A stretch of DNA of 63,285 bases, filler included, from Octopus bimaculoides (taxonomy: Eukaryota): assembly GCF_001194135.2 (NCBI RefSeq). It is 4 parts of 4 records of this genome, joined end to end, with 100 filler letters (N's around TTAATTAATTAA, not from the genome) between each part and the next. Parts side by side here need not be neighbours in the genome. Positions count along the whole stretch, not along the records: positions 1 to 25,285 come from NC_068984.1; 3 more parts are not named here. One strand, 5' to 3'. The position numbers were made by a program, and so were the translations under genes. Positions 1 to 11,389 of this stretch are shown here, piece by piece; positions within the stretch are counted from its first letter, which is position 1; each line of letters begins with the position of its first letter. The notes under the pieces are model-generated. The model was not told the origin of the DNA. It searched no databases and worked only from the letters and a program-made list of their open reading frames with translations.

Positions 1-1786
1 GAACGACCGTGCGAACTCAAAAATGAGAAATGGTGACGAATGGAAGAACAGGGCTCCTTTGATTAAAACGCGTCACACGGTCGAACACAAAATATATCAA
101 ATGATATAAATGCTATACTTCGATAACATAGAGAACTTAGAAATGCCAGTAAGGAAGACGATAGGAACACAACCGTATGAGATGAATAACAGTAAGATTT
201 ATTGTAGGGTTAAATTGTATGTCTGTGTGTGAGTGAATGCGACATAATAAAACACATTAAAAGACAGGCCGTCATGTAAAGAAAAGAGTGTGTGTAAGTA
301 ATACATATATGTGTATGCGTGAGATACAGCGGATAGAAAAGAGTCAGTAACACGTATAAGGATTTAAGATACCAGTTCATAGAGTACACAGTGATAAGTG
401 TCTGTATATAAGAAGTTAAGGCGTGTGTGGCAGAGCGATCACTAGTTGTGATGTTGNNNNNNNNNNTTTATAGTGAGAGAAGATGGTTTGTTTGTATATA
501 ATGGCGATAGAAGTGTACACTAGCCTCGCACCAGTCGGTTTGTCGAAGACAAACAGACGAAATTTAAAAAAATTGTAGTGAAAAAGACTGAAAGAACGGT
601 TGGTCTATACTGGCATTTAGTCACCATTTTAAGTGAATCTGTGTGGACAGAATCACGTTGGCTGTATGGACGAATCACGTCGGTTGTACAGATCAGAAGG
701 GTTGTATGAATCGAATCACGTCGGGGTCACCAGTTTGTAAGTGCGAACCCAAAAGGAGAAATGGTGACGAATGGAAAACAGGGCTCCTTTATTCAACGCG
801 TCACACGGTCGGAAACAAAAATATATCAAATGATATTTATGTTATACTTCGATAACATAGAGAACTTAGAAATGCCAGTAATTAAGACGATAGGAACTCA
901 ACCGATAGAGATGAATAACAGTAAGATTTATTGTAGCATTAAACTGTATGTCTGTGTGTGAGTATGAATGCGACATAATGAAACACAATAAAAGACAGGC
1001 CGTCATGTAAAGAAAAGAGTGTGTGTAAGTAATACATGTATGTGAATGCGTGAGATACAGCGGATAGAAAAGAGTCAGTAACACGTATAAAGATTTAAGA
1101 TACCAGTTCTTAGAGTACACAGTGGTAAGTGTCTGTATATAAGAAGTTAAGGCGTGTGGGGCAGAGCGATCACTAGTTGTGATGTTGTGGCTTCTATGCC
1201 AAGCCGGGTTCTTGAGTACAGATGTTCTTCGCAGGCTAAATTCTTGGCTATTATTTATCGTGGTGAAGATGAATCACACAAACAGAATCGAAGAGAAGTG
1301 TCGCGGTTAGCTGTTGGTAGCTTGTGTACGTGGAAGTCATGTTGACGCTGGCGGGGACGATGCTGGTAGTCGTAGAGTCGTGTTGCTGCTGGCGACGTCG
1401 AGGGCGATGCTTGTAGTTCGTAGTTGTACGATGGTGTTGATGTCGTCGCTGGAAACTGGCTGGTTGTGTTACGCGTGTGTGGTCAACGCCAGATCTCAAA
1501 GGAGATCTGAGGCGCGACGATTTGGCGGGTATAATATAGGCTATTTATAAGAAAATAGAGGCTCCAGGAAAGCATTAGAAGAAACACTCTCACGTGACCT
1601 TATTAGGGGCTACTGGTTGGTCAGTTTGCGTCCTGGCGGGCAAATGGAGATAATTTACCCGTGCAAAGAAATAGTCAGTCAGGTGATGACAGGGAAAGAG
1701 ATGTTTTCTACTACGCTCGTGTGTTTCAATATTTATAGTGAGAGAAGATGGTTTGTTTGTATATAATGGCGATAGAAGTGTTCACT
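1..1786. repeat. Tandem repeat with a ~1265-bp unit (partial unit 1-456, full unit 468-1732, start of a third unit 1733-1786)
   Basis: 1-456 aligns with ~740-1190 at roughly 90% identity by eye. TTTATAGTGAGAGAAGATGGTTTGTTTGTATATAATGGCGATAGAAGTG occurs at 468 and again at 1733. The third unit ends in a (TA)n tract. Confidence 0.85.
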
Positions 1787-1788
1787 AC

Positions 1789-1845
<57 letters not shown>
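1787..1845. repeat. (TA)n microsatellite
   Basis: Directly visible. Confidence 0.98.
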
Positions 1846-1848
<3 letters not shown>

Positions 1849-2694
1849 AACAAGAACAAGAATGGAGAATATCATATCGTTAAGAAGAGATATAATATTC
1901 TAAGAAAAACCAGTTTAGTATTTAACTTTTGATGACGTCAGTAGATAACGAAAGAATAAAAAAATAAACATAGAAATTCTTTAGTTATCTATCTATTAAA
2001 TAAGCTCAATATTTAGAAAAAATATGCATACTAGATTATAGAAAAAGCAATTATAATGATGGTGTTATTTACTATTGAAATATTTAAAAGTTTTCAATAT
2101 TTATGTGAACATTCCAATGTAAAAGTATTCCCACAATTTAATAATACTAACTTAGAAGTAATTATGTCATACATTTCCTCAAGGCAAATATCACATTTAA
2201 AATTACCAGCATCGTGCGACGGTGCGTAATGAAATGAACCGCTTTATATCATAGTAAATATTCCTGTCTTTTAAATCCCAAATGCATTTATAAAGATTTG
2301 TAGAATTACACTTTCTTCTCAACATAAATGAAGAAGAATGATTATGTAATTTAGATTTCCAAATTGTTACAGAAGAATCAGTATAGTAATACATACGATC
2401 CCCTGTAATGACCTTACACTCTTACACTATATTCTTCCTTAAACACTTGTTTTCTAAAGGACAGATAATTTTGTTTTGGTTTTCATGATTAAAGGAATTA
2501 GTACTTATTCTTCAGCTCAGAAGTATGTGCTAAGACAGGATTATTAGCAATATAATCGATATTATTACTTGGTGTTATCTCAAAGGTACTGTGAATTTCA
2601 CAGTCAAAATTACTTTTCCTAAAGTATCAAAATATAATTCAGGAAAATTATAATTAGAGCCAATTTCACAATTCACACTATTGGTTCTACACCT

Positions 2695-3710
2695 GTTTGG
2701 GCAGCACAGATTAGAGCCTCCGTTTCCGGTTTTAAATCACTTTTAGTCATCCACAGTCATCTTTTTTCTCTGTCTGTCTTATCTTCAACATCCCTATGAA
2801 ATTGACTATGCATTCTTTTCTTTACCCCGCCCCCTATTTTCAGTTTCATTCGTTTTCAATTTCTTGTATAGTCCTTTATCTTTGCAATCTTTCATCCTAC
2901 ATAAGCCTAACCTTCTTACTTCTAGTAATAGCGGTTCTGTGGCATTTTTTTACATACCATGCTATGTTGTTTTCTTCTGCTCTAATGCTGTGTTCGCATC
3001 TAATAAGTCCTCTTCCCCTATTTTTCTTGGTACATACAGTCTGTCTGTGTCACTTTTTGGGTGGAGTGACCCATATCTAGTTAGCAACTTCCTAGTCTTT
3101 CTGTCTAAGCTGTTTAGTTCGTCTACTGTCCATGCGATTACCCCTGCTCCATATCTAAAGAGTGAAACCGCCCAGGTATTGATAGTTTCAATCTTATTCG
3201 TCCATTTAATTTCGACTTAAGGATCAGTCTCAGTCTGCGCAAGTACTCCACCTTAAATTTTTTGTCATTTCTTTCTCCATCAATTTATCCATTTCCAAAA
3301 TCCCCAAGTACTTATAACCCGTCTCTTCTATCTGCTTCATAACCCTCCCCCAGCGGTATCGTTAGCCCATCCATACATTTGATTTTGCCTCTCTTCAATA
3401 CTAACACATCATACTTTCTCAGTCCGAACTCCATTCTGATATCAGCACTGAAGGTATACACCGTATCAACGAGGGAACTGACTTGGGATTCATCTTTACC
3501 ATAAAGTTTGAGGTCATCCATGATTAACAAATGGTTGACTTTTTGTTGGCGGCTTTTCAATACATACCCAGCTTTTGCTTTCCTCAGAATCAGTGTCAGT
3601 GGTATCAAGCACAGTACAAAGATCAGTGGGGACAGGCAGTCCCCTTGGAAGATGCCCCTCCTAATTTCTATTGTCCCTAAACTTCTTCTGTTTAGGGCAA
3701 TGATTCGAAA
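2695..3710 (-). mobile_element. Degenerate non-LTR retrotransposon RT and downstream region, R4/Dong-like (RLE class)
   Basis: The minus strand, read across frameshifts, gives RRGIFQGDCLSPLIF, HLLIMDDLKLY, DIRMEFGLRK, YKYLG, KIETINTWAVSLFRYGAG, LDRKTRKLL, LHPKSDTDRLYVPRK-RGRGL and LKPETEALICAAQ. These are typical motifs of this clade. Confidence 0.88.
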
Positions 3711-4011
3711 CTGAAAACTTTTTATTTTGTATTTGTCCTGACGTTTTTGATGGCATAGAATAGACATTTAACAGACATACATTAAAAATAGACATTTAAT
3801 AGACATACATCTAAAAGAAAAATATGTCATTATGAGATTTATTTTCATAATATAATCTTACATTCTATAAAAATCTTAACATATTATTCTCGTCGCATTT
3901 ATCTGTTTTTAATCCGTTTGTGAGAATTTCAAACAGACCCTCAGGATAACGATCATAACCTACACACGCCACATCTTTTTCTGCTTCTTCACTGTTAGTT
4001 TTCCCCGACAA

Positions 4012-4135
4012 CCTCTCTCTCTCTCTCTCTTTCTCTCTCTCACTCTCTCTCTCTCTCTCCCTCTTCTCCCTCTCTCTCTCATTCACTCGCTAGCTCTATC
4101 TTTCCTCCTCTCTCCCTTTTCAGCACACTTCTCAC
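4012..4135. repeat. (CT)n-rich microsatellite
   Basis: Directly visible. Confidence 0.95.
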
Positions 4136-4369
4136 ATACTCTATTCCTGTTCATATGTACATCTATGTATGATAATTTGTGTTGGTGTCTCTCTCATATT
4201 TTGCTATTTTGAAGGAGTTTTGCATGAACACGCCAATTCTCACATATACCCTAGTTTTTGTTGTACATACGTATGTCTCCTACTCTTCTGGTTTTTTTCT
4301 TTATATCCCATTACATATCTTCCCAATTTTTTATCACATAAACTTCAACACTTACTCATACACCCCTAC

Positions 4370-4737
4370 GTTGTTGGCACTCCGTCGCTTACGACGTCGA
4401 GGGTTCCAGTTGATCCGATCAACGGAACAGCCTGCTCATGAAATTAACGTACAAATGGTTGAGCACTCCACAGACACGTGTACCCTTAACGTAGTTCTCG
4501 GGGATATTCAGCGTGACACAGTGTGACAAGGCTGACCCTTTGAATTACAGGCACAACAGAAACAGGAAGTAAGAGTGAGAGAAAGTTGTGGTGAATGAGT
4601 ACAGCAGGGTTCGCCACCATCGCCTACCGGAGCCTCGTGGAGCTTTAGGTGTTTTCGTTCAATAAACACTCACAACGAAACCGCAATCCTATGACCGTGA
4701 GTCCGCTGCCCTAACCACTGGGCCATTGCGCCTCCAC
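4370..4737 (-). mobile_element. tRNA-derived SINE, family A (near full length, small deletion in the head)
   Basis: Minus-strand head GGAGGCGCAATGGCCCAGTGGTTAGGGCAGCGG (A-box-like). Homologous to 8209-8436, 24654-24930 and the 3' piece at ~32790-32905. Confidence 0.9.
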
Positions 4738-5343
4738 TACACACAGGAACATTCATGCAAATGCCAGCATGAAATCTTCTCTCACATAGACACAGACATA
4801 AATTTGTACTTAAACACAAACATTCACATAATACACATACAAACTTGTATGCATGCACACACAATACACATGCAAATGCTCAAGTGGCTAATCAGAGAGA
4901 TTCTGAACACATTTAGTAATTTCCCATGTTAAGGTTACATCCTGGTATTTTCTCCTTCACCAGTCGACCCACCAACCAGCCAGCCAACCACAGGGGTCAG
5001 CCACACTTAAGTGGCAATATACTACACTTTATATATATATTATTTTTTGTAAATGGTTGAGAGCTATAACAACGAAGGTGATGTGGGGGTACCTGTTAAT
5101 GTCAGTGGTGTTAAGTCTAGCGGTCTGTGATGTATAGTGCAACTGTCATTTAATATGAAACAAAACCTGGACGGGGTTGGGGGGAATAAAAGTGAGAAAG
5201 AGAGGAGGAGACGGAGAAGGAGGAAGAAAGGGTTGATAAGGAGAAGAGGAAGAGTTGATGTTAGGATGTGGAGAGGGAGGACAAGGAAGAGAGTGAATTG
5301 GTACCCGTTTTTCTGTCTACATCTCTTTATGTATGTGTTTACA

Positions 5344-6222
5344 AGAAAAATGAATATCTTTTAATGAAATTTTCTATGCATATAGTATTTACTATGTAGA
5401 ATCCGAATATACAAAAATTTCCGGTGAAAGTGTTTTGGAATGGGGGTGGGGGACAATTTTCGGAAATTCCAACAGAGTCCACTTAAATTCTTCTTANNNN
5501 NNNNNNNNNNNNNNNNNNNNNNNNNNNNNNNNNNNNNNNNNNNNNNNNNNNNNNNNNNNNNNNNNNNNNNNNNNNNNNNNNNNNNNNNNNNNNNNNNNNN
5601 NNNNNNNNNNNNNNNNNNNNNNNNNNNNNNNNNNNNNNNNNNNNNNNNNNNNNNNNNNNNNNNNNNNNNNNNNNNNNNNNNNNNNNNNNNNNNNNNNNNN
5701 NNNNNNNNNNNNNNNNNNNNNNNNNNNNNNNNNNNNNNNNNNNNNNNNNNNNNNNNNNNNNNNNNNNNNNNNNNNNNNNNNNNNNNNNNNNNNNNNNNNN
5801 NNNNNNNNNNNNNNNNNNNNNNNNNNNNNNNNNNNNNNNNNNNNNNNNNNNNNNNNNNNNNNNNNNNNNNNNNNNNNNNCTCTTCTACTTCTCTACTAGA
5901 AACGTTTACTTTGGAATTTACTTCTATTGAGAAAAAAAAATCGTGTGCATGTTATTTTTAACGTAAGTTTTCTTATGACGGCTTCTCTTCACTGCCTATT
6001 ACTTCATTAGAAATCTACGGATGCACATACGCACATAATAGAGAAAAATGAAACAATTATGGACGACTTGCTCCGAAACACCACCGAGTGGGGAACACTT
6101 CTCAAAAATAACCTGCAGTTATTCTACATAGTAAATACTATATGCATAGAAAATTTCATTAAAAAAATATTCATTTTTCTGAAAGTTATGACCTTCCAAA
6201 GTCTGGGGGGTACAACTCTGTA
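5344..6222. mobile_element. Non-autonomous DNA transposon with long inverted repeats (Tc1/mariner superfamily-like); outer left end missing
   Basis: 5344-5402 and 6121-6180 are near-perfect ~60-bp inverted repeats around a gap. The right end terminates ...CAACTCTG followed by TA (6221-6222). Confidence 0.6.
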
Positions 6223-7027
6223 GTTATGCCAACATTAAGTAGTAACCCAAAATAGAATATAATAATAATAAATCCGTAACGAAAAAATAATGAATAACCC
6301 TAATTGGGGATGAATGTTTCGAAAAAGACACGTATGAGAACTTCGAATTTCGAATTAAATAGAAAAATTCAGTAAGGAGTGAGCGTGGTTTTTGACAAGT
6401 ACGGAGATAAATCTGTAGATTTTTTTCAATTTTCGACTCTACCCTTCCAACGAGGTCTAATGAGAACGAAACATATCAGTTGTCGCCATATTTGCCAATG
6501 AATCAGACGTGCTGGATTTCTCCATTTAAGTGATAATCAATCTGGTTTTGGTTCTCTCCCTTGCTTTCTTTGAGAAGATTGTCATTAGTGCAAATGACTT
6601 TTGTTCTCATTTTCTAATTGCCTAAATATTATTTTTTCTTTAGTTCATCATATTGAGTATGCTAGCCCTTTGGAGGTCGATAAAATAAGGGTTGAACACT
6701 GGGGTCGATGTAATCGACTTTCCCTCCCCTCAAAATTGATTGCTGGCCCTGAACCCTGCAACGGACCAGCGTCCCGTGCAGGNNNNNNNNNNNNNNNNNN
6801 NNNNNNNNNNNNNNNNNNNNNNNNNNNNNNNNNNNNNNNNNNNNNNNNNNNNNNNNNNNNNNNNNNNNNNNNNNNNNNNNNNNNNNNNNNNNNNNNNNNN
6901 NNNNNNNNNNNNNNNNNNNNNNNNNNNNNNNNNNNNNNNNNNNNNNNNNNNNNNNNNNNNNNNNNNNNNNNNNNNNNNNNNNNNNNNNNNNNNNNNNNNN
7001 NNNNNNNNNNNNNNNNNNNNNNNNNNN

Positions 7028-7060
<33 letters not shown>

Positions 7061-7329
7061 ACATACACATACATAATTCATGTGTGTGTGCTTGCGTATG
7101 CATATATATATGTATATATATATATATATATATATAGGCTAATGTCAAAATATGAATTTGTTCAGTAGATATTTTGACTTAAATTGCGTGGTATTGACAA
7201 TGTTTTGTTTTATGTTACAGGCAGTTTGATGCTTCACTGTTACACCCACTCGCGCGCGCGCGTGTATATATGTATATATATATATATTCATATATCGTGA
7301 TGTTTTGACTTAGTGATATTCTTGTCGTG

Positions 7330-7389
7330 TGTTTTTTCCCAGATTGAGGACTACATCTACAGATCTACGTATGTGTGTATGCGCGCGAG

Positions 7390-7421
<32 letters not shown>

Positions 7422-7615
7422 ATGCTGCTGCTGCTGGTTGCAATGGCGGCGGTGGTAGCGGTGGAGGAAGAGCGCGCAACAGGTTGCAGCAGCGGCAGCT
7501 TGATAACAAAAATGTTTGTATTTCTTTCATATGGACAATGTATTGCAACTGCCATCTTCTGAGTTGTGAGTTCACTTCCGCTGAAGGTCTTGTGTCTGTG
7601 TGAAAATGGCATTTA
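7330..7615. promoter_or_regulatory. Possible CpG-rich promoter / first-exon island
   Basis: Local GC/CpG enrichment, ETS-like CGGAAGTG (minus, 7573-7580), and YY1-like cores AAGATGGC (minus, 7551-7558) and CAATGGCGGC (plus, 7441-7450). Motif-only evidence. Confidence 0.3.
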
Positions 7616-8208
7616 ATTTTAAAACGTAATTCAAAATGTTCACTGTCTAGTTTTCATTAAAAAAAAATCATGCTTTCAAAAAAATAAATAACCATATCCA
7701 TATTTTTCTTAGAAATCTTACTCGCAACAGTCGCGCGACCGTATATACCCAGGACTATTCCCCATTTTTTTTTAAGAGTGGGTAACCACATGACACACAC
7801 CAGAAATTCCATTCATTTCCCAGGACCCTAGGGTTCTGGTTTCAGGGTTTGAGGAGTGTAGAACCACCTCTTAACCACTATTGTTCCCAGGTCTACTCCG
7901 GCCCGGAGTGGTAGCATCTATAAGCGTCCCAGCTACGGGTTAATTAGCAAACACCCGCGCCCATCTGCGACTAGAATGTATTCCCTGCGTGGCGTAAGAG
8001 GCGACTAAAAGGGACGGGAGCGAGAGAACTGGAAATCCATTCCTCCTTGTAATTTCATATTCCTAAAAAGACAAGACAATGAAATAATACTTAGTATTAT
8101 TTGTTGTTGAACTTCTTTCTACATTTGATTTTCAGTCATGTCGGTAACAGTTTCGTCTTTCATCACCCCACCGCGATGAATAAAATAAGCAACTTACTTG
8201 TTAATATA

Positions 8209-8436
8209 GTGGAGGCGCAATGGCTCAGTGGTTAGGGCAGCCGATTCGCGGTCATAGGATCGCGGTTTCGATTCCCAGACCGGGCGTTGTGAGTGTTTAT
8301 TGAGTGAAAACACCTAAAGCTCCACGAGGCTCCGGCAGGGGATGGTGGCGAACCCTGTTGTACTCTTTCACCACAACTTTTTCTCACTCTTACTTCCTGT
8401 TTCTGTTGTGCTTGTAATTCAAAGGGTCAGCCTTGT
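8209..8436 (+). mobile_element. tRNA-derived SINE, family A (5' part, runs into a gap)
   Basis: GGAGGCGCAATGGCTCAGTGGTTAGG (A box) and GGTTTCGATTCCC (B box); homologous to 4370-4737. Confidence 0.92.
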
Positions 8437-9127
8437 CGAGANNNNNNNNNNNNNNNNNNNNNNNNNNNNNNNNNNNNNNNNNNNNNNNNNNNNNNNNNNN
8501 NNNNNNNNNNNNNNNNNNNTAAATTCGGTGTGTGTTGCGTTCCATTACTTAATAAATGAAAAGATGTACGGTAAATAAACAAACGACATAACAATACTGA
8601 GTGAACAACTGGACGGGAGACAAATACAGAAGGTCCTCAATTCTTCATCAGTTATCAACCAATCGGTAATACTCAGTTTCGTACCATTAATGGTAAGATT
8701 GAGGGCTTACCATATTGGCGGTGCCCACAAAAAAAAAAATATTGCGCGGAATTCAGGACCGAGAGTAAACGAAGCAAAACAACACAGAGAGTGATGTAGG
8801 ACGGTGGACAAGGACGAACAGACGAACCTTGGGGCCAAGAAGACAAGAATAGTGGGTAACACTTAGAAGATATCCTAAAGGACTGGTCAGCTACGGGACC
8901 AGTGAGAGAAAGGCAGAAAGCTGGCCGTGGACCATGTGACAACAGCAGGCAGAGGAGAAAGTCAGCAAGAGAGAGGAAGAGTGACAGAGAGAGAAAAAGG
9001 GAAGGGATGAAGGGAGAAAAAGAGGTAGGAAAAAGGCTAAAATAAAAGAGAGAGGGTGAGAAAAGGCGAAAGTGGAAAGGCTAGAATAGAAGTGAGAGGG
9101 TGAGAGAAAGAAAAAGGGAAGCACCCT

Positions 9128-9196
9128 GTTGCTGCTGTTGCTGTTGCTGCTGCTGCTGCTGTTGTTGCTGTTGCTGTTGCTGTTGCTGTTGTTGCT
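9128..9196. repeat. (CTG/TTG)n mixed trinucleotide microsatellite
   Basis: Directly visible; it explains the polyQ and poly-SN pseudo-ORFs in the track. Confidence 0.95.
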
Positions 9197-9430
9197 TTGC
9201 CCGGGTCGGTCCTGAGTAAACAGATCTATGGTCAAAGTTAGCATGCAGTTTCACAGTAAAATGCGACAGAAACAGGAAACGACGGTACTGAAATCCCATA
9301 TTTCCATAATATTGATATAACATATAAATAAACCATGCCTTGTACATATTCTATCGGTCCTTTTTGCTGAACAGCTAGATTACGGAAGATATAAAGTAAC
9401 CAGCACTGGTTGTCAAGTGGTGATGGAAAA

Positions 9431-9600
9431 ACACTAAGGCCTGTACACATGCCTTAGTGTTTCTCTGTCTGTTTATTTCCTCGTGTTCCTTTCTGTTGAA
9501 GAGCGTAGGCTCGAAACGTAAAAGACTTTCTAACCTTCTCGAGCATTAAACTAATACACTTGTTTGATGTTTATACACCTCTTCGTCTTTTGTTTTTCTG
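9431..9600 (+). mobile_element. Penelope-like element pseudo-LTR fragment
   Basis: Homologous to ~33690-33805. Contains a minimal hammerhead-like motif, as established for PLE pLTRs. Also a perfect 10-bp hairpin ACACTAAGGC/GCCTTAGTGT at 9431-9460. Confidence 0.6.
9489..9524 (+). ncRNA. Candidate minimal type I hammerhead ribozyme (variant core)
   Basis: CTTT-CTGTTGA-A-GAGC gtag GCTC-GAAA-CGT-A-AAAG: stem I CTTT/AAAG, stem II GAGC/GCTC, palindromic ACGT stem III, cleavage triplet GTA. Core position 6 is T instead of A. Confidence 0.5.
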
Positions 9601-9615
9601 TAAATTTCAACTATA

Positions 9616-9664
<49 letters not shown>

Positions 9665-10383
9665 GCTGACGTACCCAGTAATTCCCGGGAAAGCGGGGCT
9701 TATCTCTTATCTCAGTTCTCATAATTGTTTCGCTAATCCAGTAACAACAATACAAAGTATGTAGCCCTTAAAACGGTTTTTATGCATTTATTGAGAATAC
9801 CGAACTGTCTTACACAGGATCTTGTTTTTAGGAATTCCCAATAAGTTATGAATAGCCAAGTTGTGAAGCCATTAATATACTAACATGAAATTAATTATCC
9901 GATAGTAAGAATTCAAATAAAGTAGCCCTGAAAAGGGCTGTAATACGTTCCCAGAGTATACAGAACTTAGAAGGAAATACTAATAAGGTATGTATACTAA
10001 AATCGTGAAGCATGTTACGTAATAACAAGCTAATCAGATATGAGATAATAACAGTTCAAAGTAAATAACTCTGAAAAAAGCTTTTGTGCGTTCGCAGAGA
10101 ATATTACCCTTAGCGGCGCTAGTGTTGGTATATTCGTGAATAAGTCACTAACCGAAATAAATGGATCTATTGTTAAGGGGTTTAGCCTTACGTCGTATCT
10201 TCAGACCCCAAACACTGCTGGCCTGAGACCTCTATAAATATGGAGGGGGAAAGCCTCGTTTTTAAGAGTAAAACCCTAGGTGATTATCTCCCTTTGCCAT
10301 TATCCATCGATCATCGGCCGCGCTGCTATCTTGCGGTCGTCAAAGCATCATGAAGGTAAACGAGTGTCTCCCTTCGGCCTTGG

Positions 10384-10735
10384 CTATTGGTTTCCGGCTG
10401 TGATACCGCTATGCGGATTCCAAATAGCCAGCAGGAATTTTCTAAAATGCAAGCATGGTCCGAAAATCTCCGTCCTAGCGTTCAGGATGACCCCTGGCAC
10501 GAGCGAGTCTTTAAGGATCCTCGTGCATTCGGCAATGCATGACTTACATCGTTTCGTCCCGTTGATGTAGGGGCCTGGGTTCCGAAGTATTTTCCATGCG
10601 ATCGAGTATGGAATCTCTTCGTCTCGTAATTGCCAGATATGCTAGAATCTCTTTTCTAGGTCTCTGAAGGAGGACAGATTATTGGAAATACGCTGTTTGA
10701 GAGAGTTCCCAGTGCACCCTATGTACTTCTGTGGG
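10384..10735 (-). pseudogene. Penelope-like GIY-YIG endonuclease remnant
   Basis: KYIGCTGNSLKQRISNNLSSFRDLEKRF*HIWQLRDEEIPYSIAWKILRNPGPYINGTKRCKSCIAEC...LNARTEIFGPCLHFRKFLL matches the PLE endonuclease pattern (YIG, R, HIW, RCxxC, LNxRxE). One in-frame stop at 10642-10644. Confidence 0.82.
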
Positions 10736-10921
10736 ATCGTGATGCCGTTGCGCCTGTTGCTGTTGTAGGAGCTGTTGTTGTTGATGCTGTTATTGTTGTT
10801 GTTGCTGCTACCGTCACCGCTGCGCCTTTTGCTGTCGTAGGTGCTGCTGCTGTTGGTGGTGCTATTGTTGCTGCTGCTGCTGGCAATTATACGTAAACAG
10901 TTACTATTAATATTAAATATA

Positions 10922-11050
10922 TGCGTAGACGTGGCTGTAGGGTCAGAAATTTGCTTCCCACTCTCATGATATCTTGGGCATGTCTTATATAACCCCGCGC
11001 TAATCAAAGCCTTGTGAATGAGTTTGGTAGGAGCTCGTCGTTTATATGTA
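10922..11050 (+). mobile_element. Degenerate SINE family C head
   Basis: Similar to other family C copies (GCTTCCCA...CTTGGGCA...AAAGCCTTGTGA). Confidence 0.6.
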
Positions 11051-11389
11051 TGAGAGAGCAGCGCATACCATCAAAGTGACATTGGGGTACAATTATACGA
11101 AGCCCAATATACCCATCATGACTACCTGTTTGATAAGGGTACACAATTTCTCTTTATCAAAGTGTTGATAAATGAACTGATGATTTATGAGCCAAATGGT
11201 AAATAATAAACAATCTGAACTGATTGATCCGCCACACCAAGAAAAAATCATTCCTGTTTCTAAGCAACTAGATAAAAAAATAAGCACATTGAAAGCCGAA
11301 GTTCATGATTTAAGGTCGAAAATTGATTAGTAACGCAATAATGTAGATTTCAAATTTTGGCTGAACTTCTTGCTAAATAGACAAACTAC

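Noticed and set aside
8209-8285. tRNA-like heads with A/B boxes (also 45265 and 30873)
   Set aside because: They are SINE heads continuing into SINE bodies and do not form complete cloverleaf tRNA genes.
10170-10215. Minus-strand CTGAAGA downstream of the GIY-YIG remnant as a possible hammerhead
   Set aside because: No GAAA, stem II or stem III in the required positions.
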